This document shows, in pieces, positions 34,954 through 47,089 of a DNA stretch of 64,000 nucleotides (position 1 is its first letter; every line of letters begins with the position of its first letter). Made by a program: the position numbers and the translations under genes. Under the pieces are notes generated by a model, which was not told where the DNA came from, made no database searches, and worked only from the letters and a program-made list of their open reading frames with translations. Origin of the DNA: Balanoglossus misakiensis. Taxonomy: Eukaryota > Animalia > Hemichordata. The DNA is taken from the NCBI GenBank assembly GCA_040954595.2, contig CM082586.2:1119024-1183023 (forward strand). The letters are read 5' to 3'.

Positions 34954-36776
34954 TTTCTGTAACACATCAAAGAGGAGTTAGTTAGTGTACACTGTTGTTG
35001 TGGGTGGTTTTGGTGGATGGTCAGTGTTTTCGTGGTTGTTGAATTGTTCGAGTTACCTTGTGATCGGAGAGTTTTTTCTTCAAAGATGGGTGATTCTGTT
35101 TATAGCGTCGAGTTTTTCTTGGCGCGGGTCTTGGCGACTATTTTGTGGAATGCTTATTTACGTTGCCCCTCTCGCTGATGTTCACCCACCGTCTGCAAAA
35201 AGAGGAGGTTTGAATATGTTCAATGCGGACAAATGAGACCACAACAGATTCCGCGGTTTCACTGACAAGACCAAATATGGAGATTAGCACGCTCCATGCC
35301 CCAACCGATCTTGAAAGTGAATCACCTCACCTCTCACCTTACGGCCAATAGCCCCGAAAATGGTACAAGTATGTGCGCAAAATTCACGAACTTTCCAGAA
35401 ACAAATTCCTGTTTGGGCCTAGTCGAGCCACGGCGACATTTGTTTACACTGCAAGCGTGGACAACAAAGCAAATAAGCTCAACCATGCAGGAGTGTATAA
35501 ATTAAACATGATCAACCTATCAAGCCGAACAGGTGTGACAGTTTTGACTGTTCGTGTCGAATATTTCAAAGGCATTACCTAGCTAAATTATTGGATTGAT
35601 TCTGTTAGTGATAGGCCAACTAAAAGAAAATTTCGTTGCATCAGCTTAGGTGCAAGAAATGTATTGACGTGGAATTGTTCCACTCTTTACACCAGTCACA
35701 TGTATCAAGTGACAAGTAAGAGAGAAAAAGGTGTAAACAATGTAATCTATACCCGTAATAATACAATGCCTCCACCTGTATTACCCAGGCCGTAACCAAG
35801 GAGACACTAGGGAAGCTTGACCAAAATAATGTAAAGGGGCAATTTTTCCCCTCTGAGTGCATCAGTGTGCCGCCCCCCCCCCCCGCTAGCTGCTTCCGTT
35901 GTCATAACAACAGGGTAAGAGGACCGGGCTCCCTCCCACCCCTCCCCTTCCATATCCAGGCCTGCCCCATATCTAACCCGCCATCACCGGATGTCAAACA
36001 AGATAGTGTTATGTAACTAGATTTGAGATAAAAATCGTTATGAAAGACGGGAAAGGTTTCGGATCATGTTTGAATTTTCATTTTCCGGATCCTCATTTAT
36101 AATTGTGAAAGAATGTTCGTTTTCCCCTCGATGATCATTATTTTAAAGTTGGAGGGTGGTACATAAAACGGTTACGTTTCAGGGAGCAAAAACAAAAGGC
36201 CATCGCCTGAGAACAATAATTTATGACCGTCCAAAAGGACAACAACCGCTCCGATCGGGGTATTTAGTGTTTTAGGTTATCAGGTCATCGGAACTTGCGT
36301 TGCGTGTGGAAGCAACACTCGTAAACATATGGTTCCAAGTGTTATTGGATTCTTTCCAGTCAGGGAATCAAAAAGGTGCCTGCCTCCTCGTCCTTCCGCG
36401 CGCTGCCCACTGCACGCACAGAGAGCCGAAACGTGACAGTACTGAATGATAATATTCAAAGATGTTTTCGGAAATTGGATCCGCGAAATCTTCGAAAACA
36501 GTTCTGGACGTGCGTCCTTGAACGGAAATCCCGGGGCTGCTCAGTCATAGTGTCATACTGGGGCCAACAGCGTATTATTCACACGCACGAACAATATAAA
36601 CGAGTACGCAGTCAATGAAGATCCTTGACCACGGACTGGAAAACAACTTGGAAAACCCATAAAGTTTTGCATACAATATCTTAGACATCTTTTAAGTGGC
36701 GTCACGCTTCACCCCCCCCCCCCGCCCCGAAAGGTGCAGAAGGACGAGGAACACGCGTTTGACGTCACCGGACCAG

Positions 36777-36824
36777 TGTTGAACTACAGTCCCTCAATAC
36801 ATGTATTGGGATTGTGGTTGAACA
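36777..36824. repeat. Short imperfect palindrome
   Basis: tgttgaactacagtccctcaatac-at-gtattgggattgtggttgaaca is self-complementary around caatacatgtattg. Confidence 0.7.
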
Positions 36825-38077
36825 TCAACTGTTAGTGTATTGTCTCACCCATCTCAACACATCAATCTTTTGTCGTTTATTTAACTATCATTGATAATTA
36901 AACACGAAATTTGAATACTAGTATTTTGGAAAGGTCATGGTTGTGTTTGCGACCACGAGAACTGTGCGTGCGAAGCTAACGCGGCGTCAACATACAGGTG
37001 CAGGATGTCATTACCACTCTTGCGTTGCTAGCGCCAATGATGACGCATTTGGTTTTGCGGAAAACACTTAGGAATGACGAACTATTGCGAAACATCCATT
37101 GAACAGTTGAGGCGGCATGGTATTTTAGAAAAGGGGTAAATTTAGTTTTTGGGTTAAAAAGTACAAATATTAAGAGTAAACACAAGCTGGTCGAATGGGA
37201 CATACTTTTGTCGCTTGAGCGGCTAAAAACGCGTTCGTCCCCTTCTAGCACCATGGTCCGGGGATTTATAGGAGAATTTCGGAAAGATCAACTTACCCGT
37301 GCGCTAGCCTGTTGGCCTCCAGTTGACTCTACCTCCAAGACGCAGACAAGATTAGGTCATGCTGCTCCAGAAAGCTGCATGATAGCCACAATCTGCAATC
37401 TGTCGTCTTGGCTGGGTCTCAGACAGCGCTGTGCGAGTGTGGAAGTTCCAACGTGGTGTGAGGCAGACAGGGGGTACACAATGACCAGGGTTCTTGCTAC
37501 TTATGCAAAATCGACCTTTGCATCTCAGATGGGATTTCCGGCCTGCTATCATTTGATAGCCGGCAGACTCAAAACTCAGTACTTGTCACCTGAACGAAAT
37601 AATCACTCTACCACAAAATATAGCACCGGGAAATCACGAATGTGAACTCTTTATTTCGTGGACCGTTAAAACCCAGGATTATACCCGATTCCACCACCCG
37701 ATCTTAAAAATAACATCCTAAATGATTTTCTATTAAAATGAGAAACATAACAATGTGTCGCGAGAAAAATACAATAAGTAAGATAACCCTGTTTAGTATA
37801 TGAAATACGCGTACGCCCGCATGTAGGCTTAATATAGTGATAGCGAAATTTTAAAAATTAACGTATATGGAATTACACGATCAATACTGTGAAATTACAT
37901 TCGCGTATAAGCATCTGATTTCTAATCAGCCTACGACATGCATAGTTATAAAACCCAAACCGACTGGCCATTGATTGGGTAGCTACGGTACTCTGGCATA
38001 TGAGTAAAGACAATGGGAGTGTCGAAACATTGTCTCCGCTGCGCATGCCTACAACATGTTCCGTCTGCAGACTCTCA

Positions 38078-40138
38078 CTAATTGGCTTGCGGATGGTTCT
38101 TCACGTATTGCAGACGAGCTGGGTGATCATCATTGGGGCGGTTGAACGAGATCCATTCCTTGACTTCGGTAAACAATCGCTTGGTTTTGAGGTAATCCTG
38201 CCAATGAATCAAAGGGATAATCATGGTGATGAATATAAATACTGCCAAAACTGTGTATAGCGTCATGTCAGGTAACTTTTGTTCCTAAACTGGCTTTTAT
38301 AGACATTTTCCTTATTTTTAAACATATTGTATATCAATGAAAATCCTATGCTACTTTCCCAGGGACGCGATCTATTGTTCTGAAAACCGACGAAACCCGA
38401 TTTCTCCCAAAATCTTCGTTATATCGAAAAGCCAACTATTGTCTTGGTGTGGCGTAATTCTTTTTGCTGGGACTTGTATGGGCCGATTTTCACAGAGCCA
38501 ATGTGTTGCCTGTTGTCAGTCAAACGGCATGAATCGCCACTGAGTTAAGCGGCCTTATATAGCACCCCGCCCGGGGGGTTAACGCATATGTATTGAAAGA
38601 CAACCTACCTTTGTGTCCAGGGTGAATCTGTGATATATGCCTGCCGGCAAGATGATCAAGTCTCCCTTGACGCACTCGATTCGTATCCACTTGTCATTTT
38701 TGCCGCGGATGTCGAAATATCCACTGCCGTCGGTGATGAATCGAATTTCTTCGTCAGGATGCAAGTGTTCTTTGTAGAACATTGCTAACTGAAAGTATGC
38801 ACACAGGAATATTCAGATAATATGCCAAATTTGAAGAATGTGAAGATAATGAATATCATTTAAATTATGTCCAAACTCTATTAGCTGTAACCTGCATGCA
38901 CTGACCATCTGCTAAGAATTTATTTTCCAAAAGCCCCCCCCCCCTGAAATCAAATGGGTCTGCCCTTATGCAGACAGGACCTCGGAGCTGTTTATGACCT
39001 TTTCAACAGTACTACAAGACCTTCAATGTATAAAGGCCGTGCACACTGACATCGGATTTCAGGTTTTTGAATAACCGGTATCGAACCAGGATGTATATAT
39101 TCAACTTACTGTTTCGTCGTAGTTTTTTAGTTTCTCCCGCGAGCACGTGATTTCATCTTGGTATTTGTAACCACGTTCGGTTGAGATCTCGTCCAATTTC
39201 CCTTCTTCCTTCCAATTATCAGCATCCAGCTATTTATGTAAATAGTTAAAAATGGATCTCGAATGATATAGCATCTTGCGATATCGTTATTTGTAATGTG
39301 TTTCTATTAGGCAAACGTGCTACTAATACCGGTAATAGTCCGTGGTGCCGAATGTAGGACACATATATTACGCATGCAAAGCACGATTACACTTTGATGA
39401 GAACCAAAGCAGACTGATACAACCCCCTTCCCCACCCCGCCCTCAAGCCAAAGAATCTCCAGTCCCTGATGAATCTGTGTACTGTACAAGGGTGACCATG
39501 GGAACGCAAGGTCGACATCGGTCGTCGACCACAGCTTCTACACACCAAAGTGGTATACACTGATGACGTGTTTATCATTTTTGTCACGTAGTAAGGTCGC
39601 CGTCGACATTTTGTTTGTGCATAAGAACAACCACATGATGGAGTTGTAAAAACAGCGTCGATGCAATGTGTTCTGGTGTTCTCCGCTGCAATAGAGTGAG
39701 CTCTAAACAACCGGGAGTATCTTTTCCAACACTGCAAAAACTCTCAAAATTACCCCTATTTCATTTTTCGAATCAAAAAGATCCCCACACCCCTTGCCAA
39801 ATTTGAAAAAAATATTTTGTTCGTGCGTCGGAAATTTCCCCTCAAGGGAATGTGGTAAATGGTGAATTTTACACCTTTCAAAATCAGTGCCGTGTAAAAA
39901 ATACTCCGGTTATTGAACAATATTCGGCAGAAATACGGTTTTTCAGCCCCCCCCCCCCCGCGGATATCAAATGACCCACCCCTTAGTATCACGTATCACA
40001 AGACACACTAACCTTCCAGTATAATACGCCGATTTCCTTCAACTGATCCAAATCGACGAATTGAGGCGGGTCTGTCATGTGCTCTAAATTCCGATCAGCA
40101 TTTTCAGGGTAATCGGTCAAAATCCACGCTCGAACCAT
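38078..40138 (-). CDS. ADI1: Acireductone dioxygenase (methionine salvage, cupin), 4 exons
   Basis: Exons 40138-40013 (MVRAW..IGVLYWK), 39229-39110 ([15 protein letters not shown]), ~38788-38609 ([43 protein letters not shown]), 38197-38078 (RLF..W..FNRP..HPARLQY*). His/His/Glu/His metal ligands present. Confidence 0.97.
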
Positions 40139-40263
40139 GTTTGTGCCGAATACGGGTGAGACACGTACACGTACCAACGACTGAATTACGCAGTAAACGA
40201 ATGGGTTGTTGGGGTCACTTGCAAACTATTCCGGGGGGTGCTCATACTATCATAAAATATGGT

Positions 40264-40457
40264 TTAAAAGTATACGGTCACCTCTAATTTACATACGCCC
40301 ATATATGTCAGAAATGACGTATTTGAGTGTTCTAAAGAACATGATATGGTGGCGCTTTTTTTCGCATGTGCCCCCCACTGAAAATCTGTGATTGGCTAGA
40401 TCTCTATTTGCCATGGTAACTGTAGCTATATTTGCATAGGTGACCGTATACCTTTAA
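40264..40457 (+). mobile_element. Complete MITE with 16-bp TIRs and TTAA target-site duplication (T2/Kolobok-like)
   Basis: TTAA-AAGTATACGGTCACCT ... AGGTGACCGTATACCT-TTAA (1 mismatch), 186 bp between the TSDs, non-coding; related copies at 12344 and 30801. Confidence 0.92.
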
Positions 40458-41933
40458 TTCACGCAATACTACTGCAACAAATGACACTGATAAAAACAAA
40501 CTCTCATCAACTTTATGAATAATAATACATGACCATTTGTCCATTTGCTATTTACCTCCAGCGGCTCTACCACCATGTGGTCAATCACTCATGTCAATTT
40601 CTCTATTGTATTTTTGTCTCTCTGGTCACATGACTGTCTCGGTCTTTTCTACTGTCAAGACCAAAGGTTCAGTGGTTAGTTGTGTTCAGTTGAATAAATT
40701 TAATTAAAGCGTCCTTCAACCCACACTAATGTTCGCGTGTGCTGCTCTATAGTTGAACTCCCATTGGACAAGAAATTAGGCCTATACTTTCGTTTGATCG
40801 CAGCGCAGTCGTAGATCATAAATGATCGTTGAAACTTGTTTTCGTATACTTTATTGTTCATAATTTAATTGTTTTAAATGAGGGAAAGTTTAGATCGCAG
40901 GTAGTGTAGTTCACATTAATTGTTTAGAAAATGCTCACTACAGGATAGTATTACCAGTACATGTACATTGTGTACCTCCCTTCGACTATTGTCATGCTAA
41001 TCAGTCTACCGAGAACCTGGCCTTCAGAAAACACCGGCTTTGAAAATATATGTATGTAAGTACATGTATACGTGTTTTGCCTTTCCTGTTCTGTTGCGTT
41101 CTCGGACTCGAAGTTTCGACTACGGAGTATCTAGCCTAATTTCTGTCATCAGTTTTGGTTATTTCTAGAATCTAGGAATCATCATCAGGTAGGAATCACT
41201 TCACGGGGATCGGTTTTATTTTGAATATTTATAATCCCATGATTTGTTTGAGGTCATCGTATAATGAACGACTATGTTTCCGTCCCTTCACTCCCCCTCT
41301 CTCTCTCAACGTTGTTCAATCGACTTCTACCGTTGCTCAGAATTTTGATGACAGCCAATGTTGTCACGCACAAAAATTATTGAACTCATCAGTATATGCA
41401 ATATTCGTTCTGTAAGCAATCGCCACCTGCCCAGAAGTTTGGGCGCGGTCGTTTAGACTTTATAGACTTCTGTAGCGTCAACCGATTATACATTCTCTCA
41501 GTCGATGATCGCATCAGTGAACTTGTTTTGCCACGGTCATCTGGTCCCACAGTCTACATGGAAACACTAATACAAGCGTCATTTCCAAATTCCACCATAG
41601 ACTATGATTCCACCTTTCTCTTATTGATATTACCGAGCGATATTGTCGTGGACTCTATAGGCCTAACAACATACGTTTCGCGTGATGGGAAAGTCGAAAT
41701 GACGAGGTTCAATATGGCGGCGGCCATACGAAACGGTCGACGGCCATTTTGACATAACTTTTCATAGACCAGACCGTCTGTGTATTAGACAGTGCGTTTC
41801 TTTAACTTACACCTACCAAGTTCGGTTCAAGACGTGCAACATTACGTCATATGCTAGACGAAAGTGCTACAATTCTGCGTTAATCTATTATTATTTTAAT
41901 TACTGTTACAAAGCGCGGGAAATATGCTAATTA

Positions 41934-42246
41934 AGCAATAAAACACCCCCAGCCATGGTATACCACGAGATTTTGACCAGTTCACGACATATACGCACGA
42001 GCGATAGCGAGTGCGTATATGGAGTTGAACTGGTCAAAATCGAGTGGTATACCATGGCTGGGGGTGTTTTATTGCTATTATATTATGCCAGTATATTGAA
42101 ACTTTGCATAAAACATTTTAAAAAGGCATTTTCTTTGACTATGATATATGACTGTGGTATATGGCTAATATATCACGGTCACGTGTCGTGTCTCGACCAA
42201 TCAAATAGCGTGATTTACACCATCAATATGCTGGTATAATATAATA
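41934..42246. mobile_element. Palindromic non-autonomous element (long hairpin plus second inverted-repeat pair)
   Basis: 41934-42076 forms a ~65-bp-arm near-perfect inverted repeat around gagcgatagcga; 42076-42099 pairs with 42223-42246. Confidence 0.8.
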
Positions 42247-42785
42247 CTCGATATTTAGCCGAGTTTTGGGGATTTTCAGTCAGAGATTTATAGTCGGAGT
42301 CAGACTTGAGGCGAGGACGGAGGCAGACCTGGGAGAATCACGGTGGGTACGCAGCCTTATCGCGATGCGCGACCATTTAGTGACTTTTCACAAGGTTGTT
42401 ATTCGAATATTCGTGTACTCACGGTTACTAGAAAAGATCATGATGTTTTATAGGTGGAGTGTGGGCCGATAAACCCATGGATAGTACCAACATCTCTCAA
42501 ATATCGCGACACGGATCCATTTTGTTTTGTGTACTGAGAGAAATCATGGCGATGTTCCGACACCGAAAGGAGCGACTGTCATAAAATGTTTGTGAGAAAT
42601 GTTATACATCAACAAAAATACTTTATAATAATACTTTTGGATAACAGATTTTATAGTTCAATTTCTTTATTTTATGCTAGTAGTTTTACATTCGCCTTTG
42701 CCATTGCAAGAAGTACAGGCTTGTTATTTTGTTAATATATGTATTATATATTTTTTTATCGACTGAATGCAGTCATTGGGCAAGT

Positions 42786-42786
42786 A

Positions 42787-42825
<39 letters not shown>

Positions 42826-42845
42826 AGTAAGTAAGTAAGTAAGTA
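42786..42845. repeat. (TAAA)n(TAAG)n microsatellite
   Basis: Directly visible. Confidence 0.9.
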
Positions 42846-43035
42846 GTAACAATTTCAAAACTGTGCTCTGTATTTATGATTGATATTGCTATAGTGCTGG
42901 TAATCAAAACGCCTTCGTCAGAAAAATCAGCACATTTTGTATTTGACGGATTACAGACTTAATGTGTTCATATATCTATAATTACTTGACAGGTTGCTAA
43001 CCTAGGCTAGTCCATCACAAACCACGACGGGAATA

Positions 43036-46000
43036 ATGCGGAGAGTGCTTGTAGTACCGACTTGGTGTAATATCCGTCAGCTTCTCGCCTTGGTGATCGG
43101 TGTGGTGATCGGATCGCTCATTCAGGAAATGGTAAGTGACCCATTTTAATGTGAAGATGACCTCTTTTTTACGAATCTAGGAATAATACACACCCAACAA
43201 TACTATGGATTTCGAATAAGGAATAAGACAACAGATAGTAACACAGCATTATGAACGAATTCAGTTTTTAACAAACTTCTTTCTCCAAGTGATATGAAAA
43301 AGGAAAAGTACCAATTTACTTCACAACTTTCCTCTGATTAATCTGACAATTACAATGAAACGACCTACATAAGTGAAGGGTTGGTCGTAATTAGAGTCTC
43401 GGTTCCACTGTGTATACAATGTGTCATTCATGATTTGTGAAGTAGTGCACATCTTTGCCTCCGTGTTTTCACAGAACAAATGGAGCGGAAAACCGTGCTA
43501 GGTCTTGACATCTTAAACCAATTTAGGGTCGACATATTCCACAAATCGAAACGTTTGCAAGCAGGTGACCGAAATACCTAAATTCGACAGATAAATTATA
43601 GTCCCTCTGAGCGTCATTCGGATAAGTAAACGTACTTCCAATAGAAAACAATTGGCAATGGCATAATCCTGACTCTTCTGCTGATGGCGTCGCTTGGACG
43701 AAAATTCAAACACACCCTGAGTCATTCTTATCAATGAATGACAAGTTTATACGTAGGATGATAACTGTATTTATTTTTTTCTCTTCTAGTCCTTGTTGGA
43801 GAGAGAAAGTTGTATTTCTCCTCAAGTTAATTCTAGAAATCGTTTGACACGCCTAGGAGAGTTTAATTCTGTCTCCAATACGACTAGACTGAACGTCGTA
43901 GACAACAAAGCCAGTGCCAAAACATACAAAGCAAATAAGGGAAGACCCTACTCTTCTCAAAGGACAGAATCTTTAGTGACATCGCCATATAAATCAAGGT
44001 AAGATAACAGGCTCATGAATTGGTCATATATTTTCTGTACTTGTTCTCAAAGCCACCTAGTAGATATATAACATGAAAAGAAGGCAATGGAACAACGACA
44101 ACCACCACTACCACCACCAAAACTACATCATCCATGTATTTTATTTTTGCGCACATTTTAGGTTTGTCGTTCGAGGCAATGGAACAACGCCATCCTTTCG
44201 TCGAGGCGACACCATTGAGGTCGTAATTGACACGTTTGATGCAGATGGCTATAAACAAACGATTGGCGGGGACTTCTTTTTTGCCGTCATGTCCAACAGT
44301 GAACTATACGCCTCTGCCAGTGGACGCGTGGTTGACCACAGGAATGGTTCTTACAGTGTCTACTTTTACGCTGGTTGGATTGGACAAGCAAGTATAGAAA
44401 TAACTCTGGTACATCCACGAGAGGCGGTCAATTGGATAGAAACCGTTTATCGCCGAAAACAACCTTGTCTTGAGTGGAGAGCTGTCTTCAAGAATCACAA
44501 TTTCACCGAAAATATAACATGCTATATGTTGATAGATTCAACATGGCAGAATAAGTGTGTGTATCACAACGAGAACGCTCTTGGAGACGCTGCTTTCGTG
44601 TGCAATAAACCCAAACACTTGTCGTGCGATGAAATATATACAATAAAAACTGACGTAGGATCCTTGTCAAGATGCGTAACCGGAAGTCTTACAGAAGATA
44701 AGCGGTTCTTGTTTGAAAAGTAAGTAAACATTTTGATTAAGCGAATATTTTTTTTGCTGAGATACATCGCTTGGTGCGTACTAGTCTTGTCAACCATACA
44801 AATTATCGTTCGGCGCCTATATGGAAATATATATTCTTGTTTATAAATTGAGTACTTTTGACAAACTAACAGAACACGTCTTGACTGATATAAGTGACCT
44901 TTTGTATTCAGCTTAAAATTTACACGAAGTCGTAACTAGCGTTACTACATATCAGAAAGCTAATTTTTTCTAAGACAATAGTTGTCTTATCAAAGTTGAC
45001 ACAATGAAGTGGCCAATGATTCTCCGCTCATTGCGAGATCTCGCGAGACTTGTTTAATTACCGTAGTTTCTAGTTGCGAGCTAAGTAATATTAGTCAATC
45101 TTTGTATATTGTAGGAAACCAGAATAGGTGTATAATTTTAAAATATTTGTGACTTATGTGCTGTTTAACTCGATGGGTCTTTGTGTTGTTTGTCCTGCGT
45201 CACACGAGAATGTTCTCCGGCCAAAATAAACTGCCTAGCCACGCGAGATCTTACAGGCAGGGACTAGTAAACACGTTTAGCTCAATTAACTTCAATACAA
45301 AATCGGTCGCGCCCAAATTTCAAAAGAGTAGGCCTACTTGTCTGATAAGTTTGGTTTCAATGTGATCAGTCGTCCTTGAGAAGTACTTGACGTCCCGCAT
45401 GTATGAATACAAGAACTCAAACTCCTGACCTGCAGTGTACAACCAGCCATTATATTGGCCTTTCTACAGCTCTTAATTGTTTCCCATGCTTAAAGACACA
45501 CTGGTTGCCCAATTCATGTCAATGGACGTTATGCTCTATTTTTCAACAGGCCGTACCTCATGACTCAGCTCAAGGACAGTCCATTACAAATCACAATTGA
45601 AGGTAATACGGTTAATTCTTTCCGCTTGGCTTAGGAGTGGAACATTTGATATTTTTTTTGGGGGGGGGGGGCTGGAAGATTCTGGAAATGTTTCGGGGGG
45701 GGGGGGAGGTAATTAATAAAAATTATCTATCATATTCTCAATCTTCCACTTGGGCCATGAGGATGGTGTATTTATTAACAGAAAAGTCGCACGTGCGCAG
45801 TTCAGACGATCTTCCTTTTTAACAACTTATTCTTGTTTGTAATGTTCACCTTTTCAGGAGTAAAAGATGGTCGGGTTCATCGCCTTCCACCTTGTGAAAC
45901 AGACCTTCCAGTAGCGATATCTGACGGTTTCTGGATAAGTAAAACACGGTGGATTTCTCGCGTCTGCAAGGCGCGTCCGTGGAGTAACTCCGAAATGCGA

Positions 46001-46630
46001 ACGTGTCTGAAAGGAAAAAGTGTCTTGATTCTCGGCGATTCGACAACCCGGCAGTTGTGCTCGATGATCGCTGACCATCTTGGGCCAAGTTTGCAGTCAA
46101 GTGGCAAGTGGGCGTGGCATGATAGTGACTACAACACCAATGTAAGTTTCACGTTTCACCCAGTGGCGATCGGCCATTCTGTTAACAACTTTTGGCAGCA
46201 ACAGTTTGAAAGTGACCTTATGGACAGCTTTCCGGTCACGCAATGTGGCTTTGTGGTTGTCCTCAGCTTTTCCTACCATTTTGCATCATGGACAAAAGCG
46301 TCGTATGTAGAGAGGATCCAACGAGTCAGAGATGCCGTGGTTCGACTGAAGACACGCTGTCCGGACACCGTCGTTATTGTGAAAAGTTCTCATGCCAGAG
46401 AGCATTCTCAGCCAGATACACACATCCACAGCAGCGATTGGACTTTGTTTGCTATGAATAAAGAACTCAGAGAGACTTTTGGCGGGATCGGAGTTAGCTT
46501 CTTAGATGTATACGACATGTGCTTGGCTTGTTCTGCTAAAAACAATGTTCACATGCCACCAGAAGTCATACGCCAACAAATTGACTTGCTGTTTTCCTAT
46601 ATCTGCCCACACTTCACGCAATATATGTGA
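43036..46630 (+). CDS. NXPE family member (neurexophilin/PC-esterase, GDS/SGNH-like; NXPE3/4-like), 5 coding exons
   Basis: Exons 43036-43131 (signal anchor LLALVIGVVIGSLI), 43790-43998, 44162-~44719 (GDTIEVVIDTFDADGYKQTIGGDFF..ASGRVVDHRNGSYSVYF..LVHPREAV), ~45550-45601, 45858-46630 (CLKGKSVLILGDSTTRQ..RCPDTVVIVKS..NNVHMPPEVIRQQIDLLFSYIC). Exact vertebrate ortholog not assignable. Confidence 0.9.
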
Positions 46631-47089
46631 TCGTTCACATACACAACCTCAGGTGATTATGGCTGCTTTAAATAGGTTTTTTCTTCGAGTTAAAGGTCAA
46701 ATCACATTATAAAAATTGCATTCTGGGTAAAAGGTTGACAAGTGACTGTAGTAAGAGAAATTATATGTTTACTGTATTTAATAATTTTATTACATATAAG
46801 TGAACCAACATTAGATAATGTCCATTTTTATCACATACGGCAACCTCAATCTTTGTTTTTCCCACATTTCCAAACTTTCGGAGCCTTAAACGGAAAATAG
46901 TTCAATGATTCTCTGAGCCCTGTTTTTTCATCAAATTGTAAACTGTACATAGATTTGTAACCATTTTATTTTATTATAATACATGTTTATTTTTACTCTT
47001 TTTCTTCATTTAATGTGTCTGTTTATTTATTTATTAAAACAAGGTGAGTTTTATTTTCGGAGTTTCGCAATTTTTTTCATGATTTTGAT

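Noticed and set aside
35057-35192. Additional coding exon for SLC18B1-B
   Set aside because: Good splice sites on the minus strand but stops in all three frames; at most a 5' UTR exon.
43475-43564. Extra NXPE exon
   Set aside because: The phase-0 reading needed to join exon 1 hits a stop; exon 1 joins 43790 cleanly.
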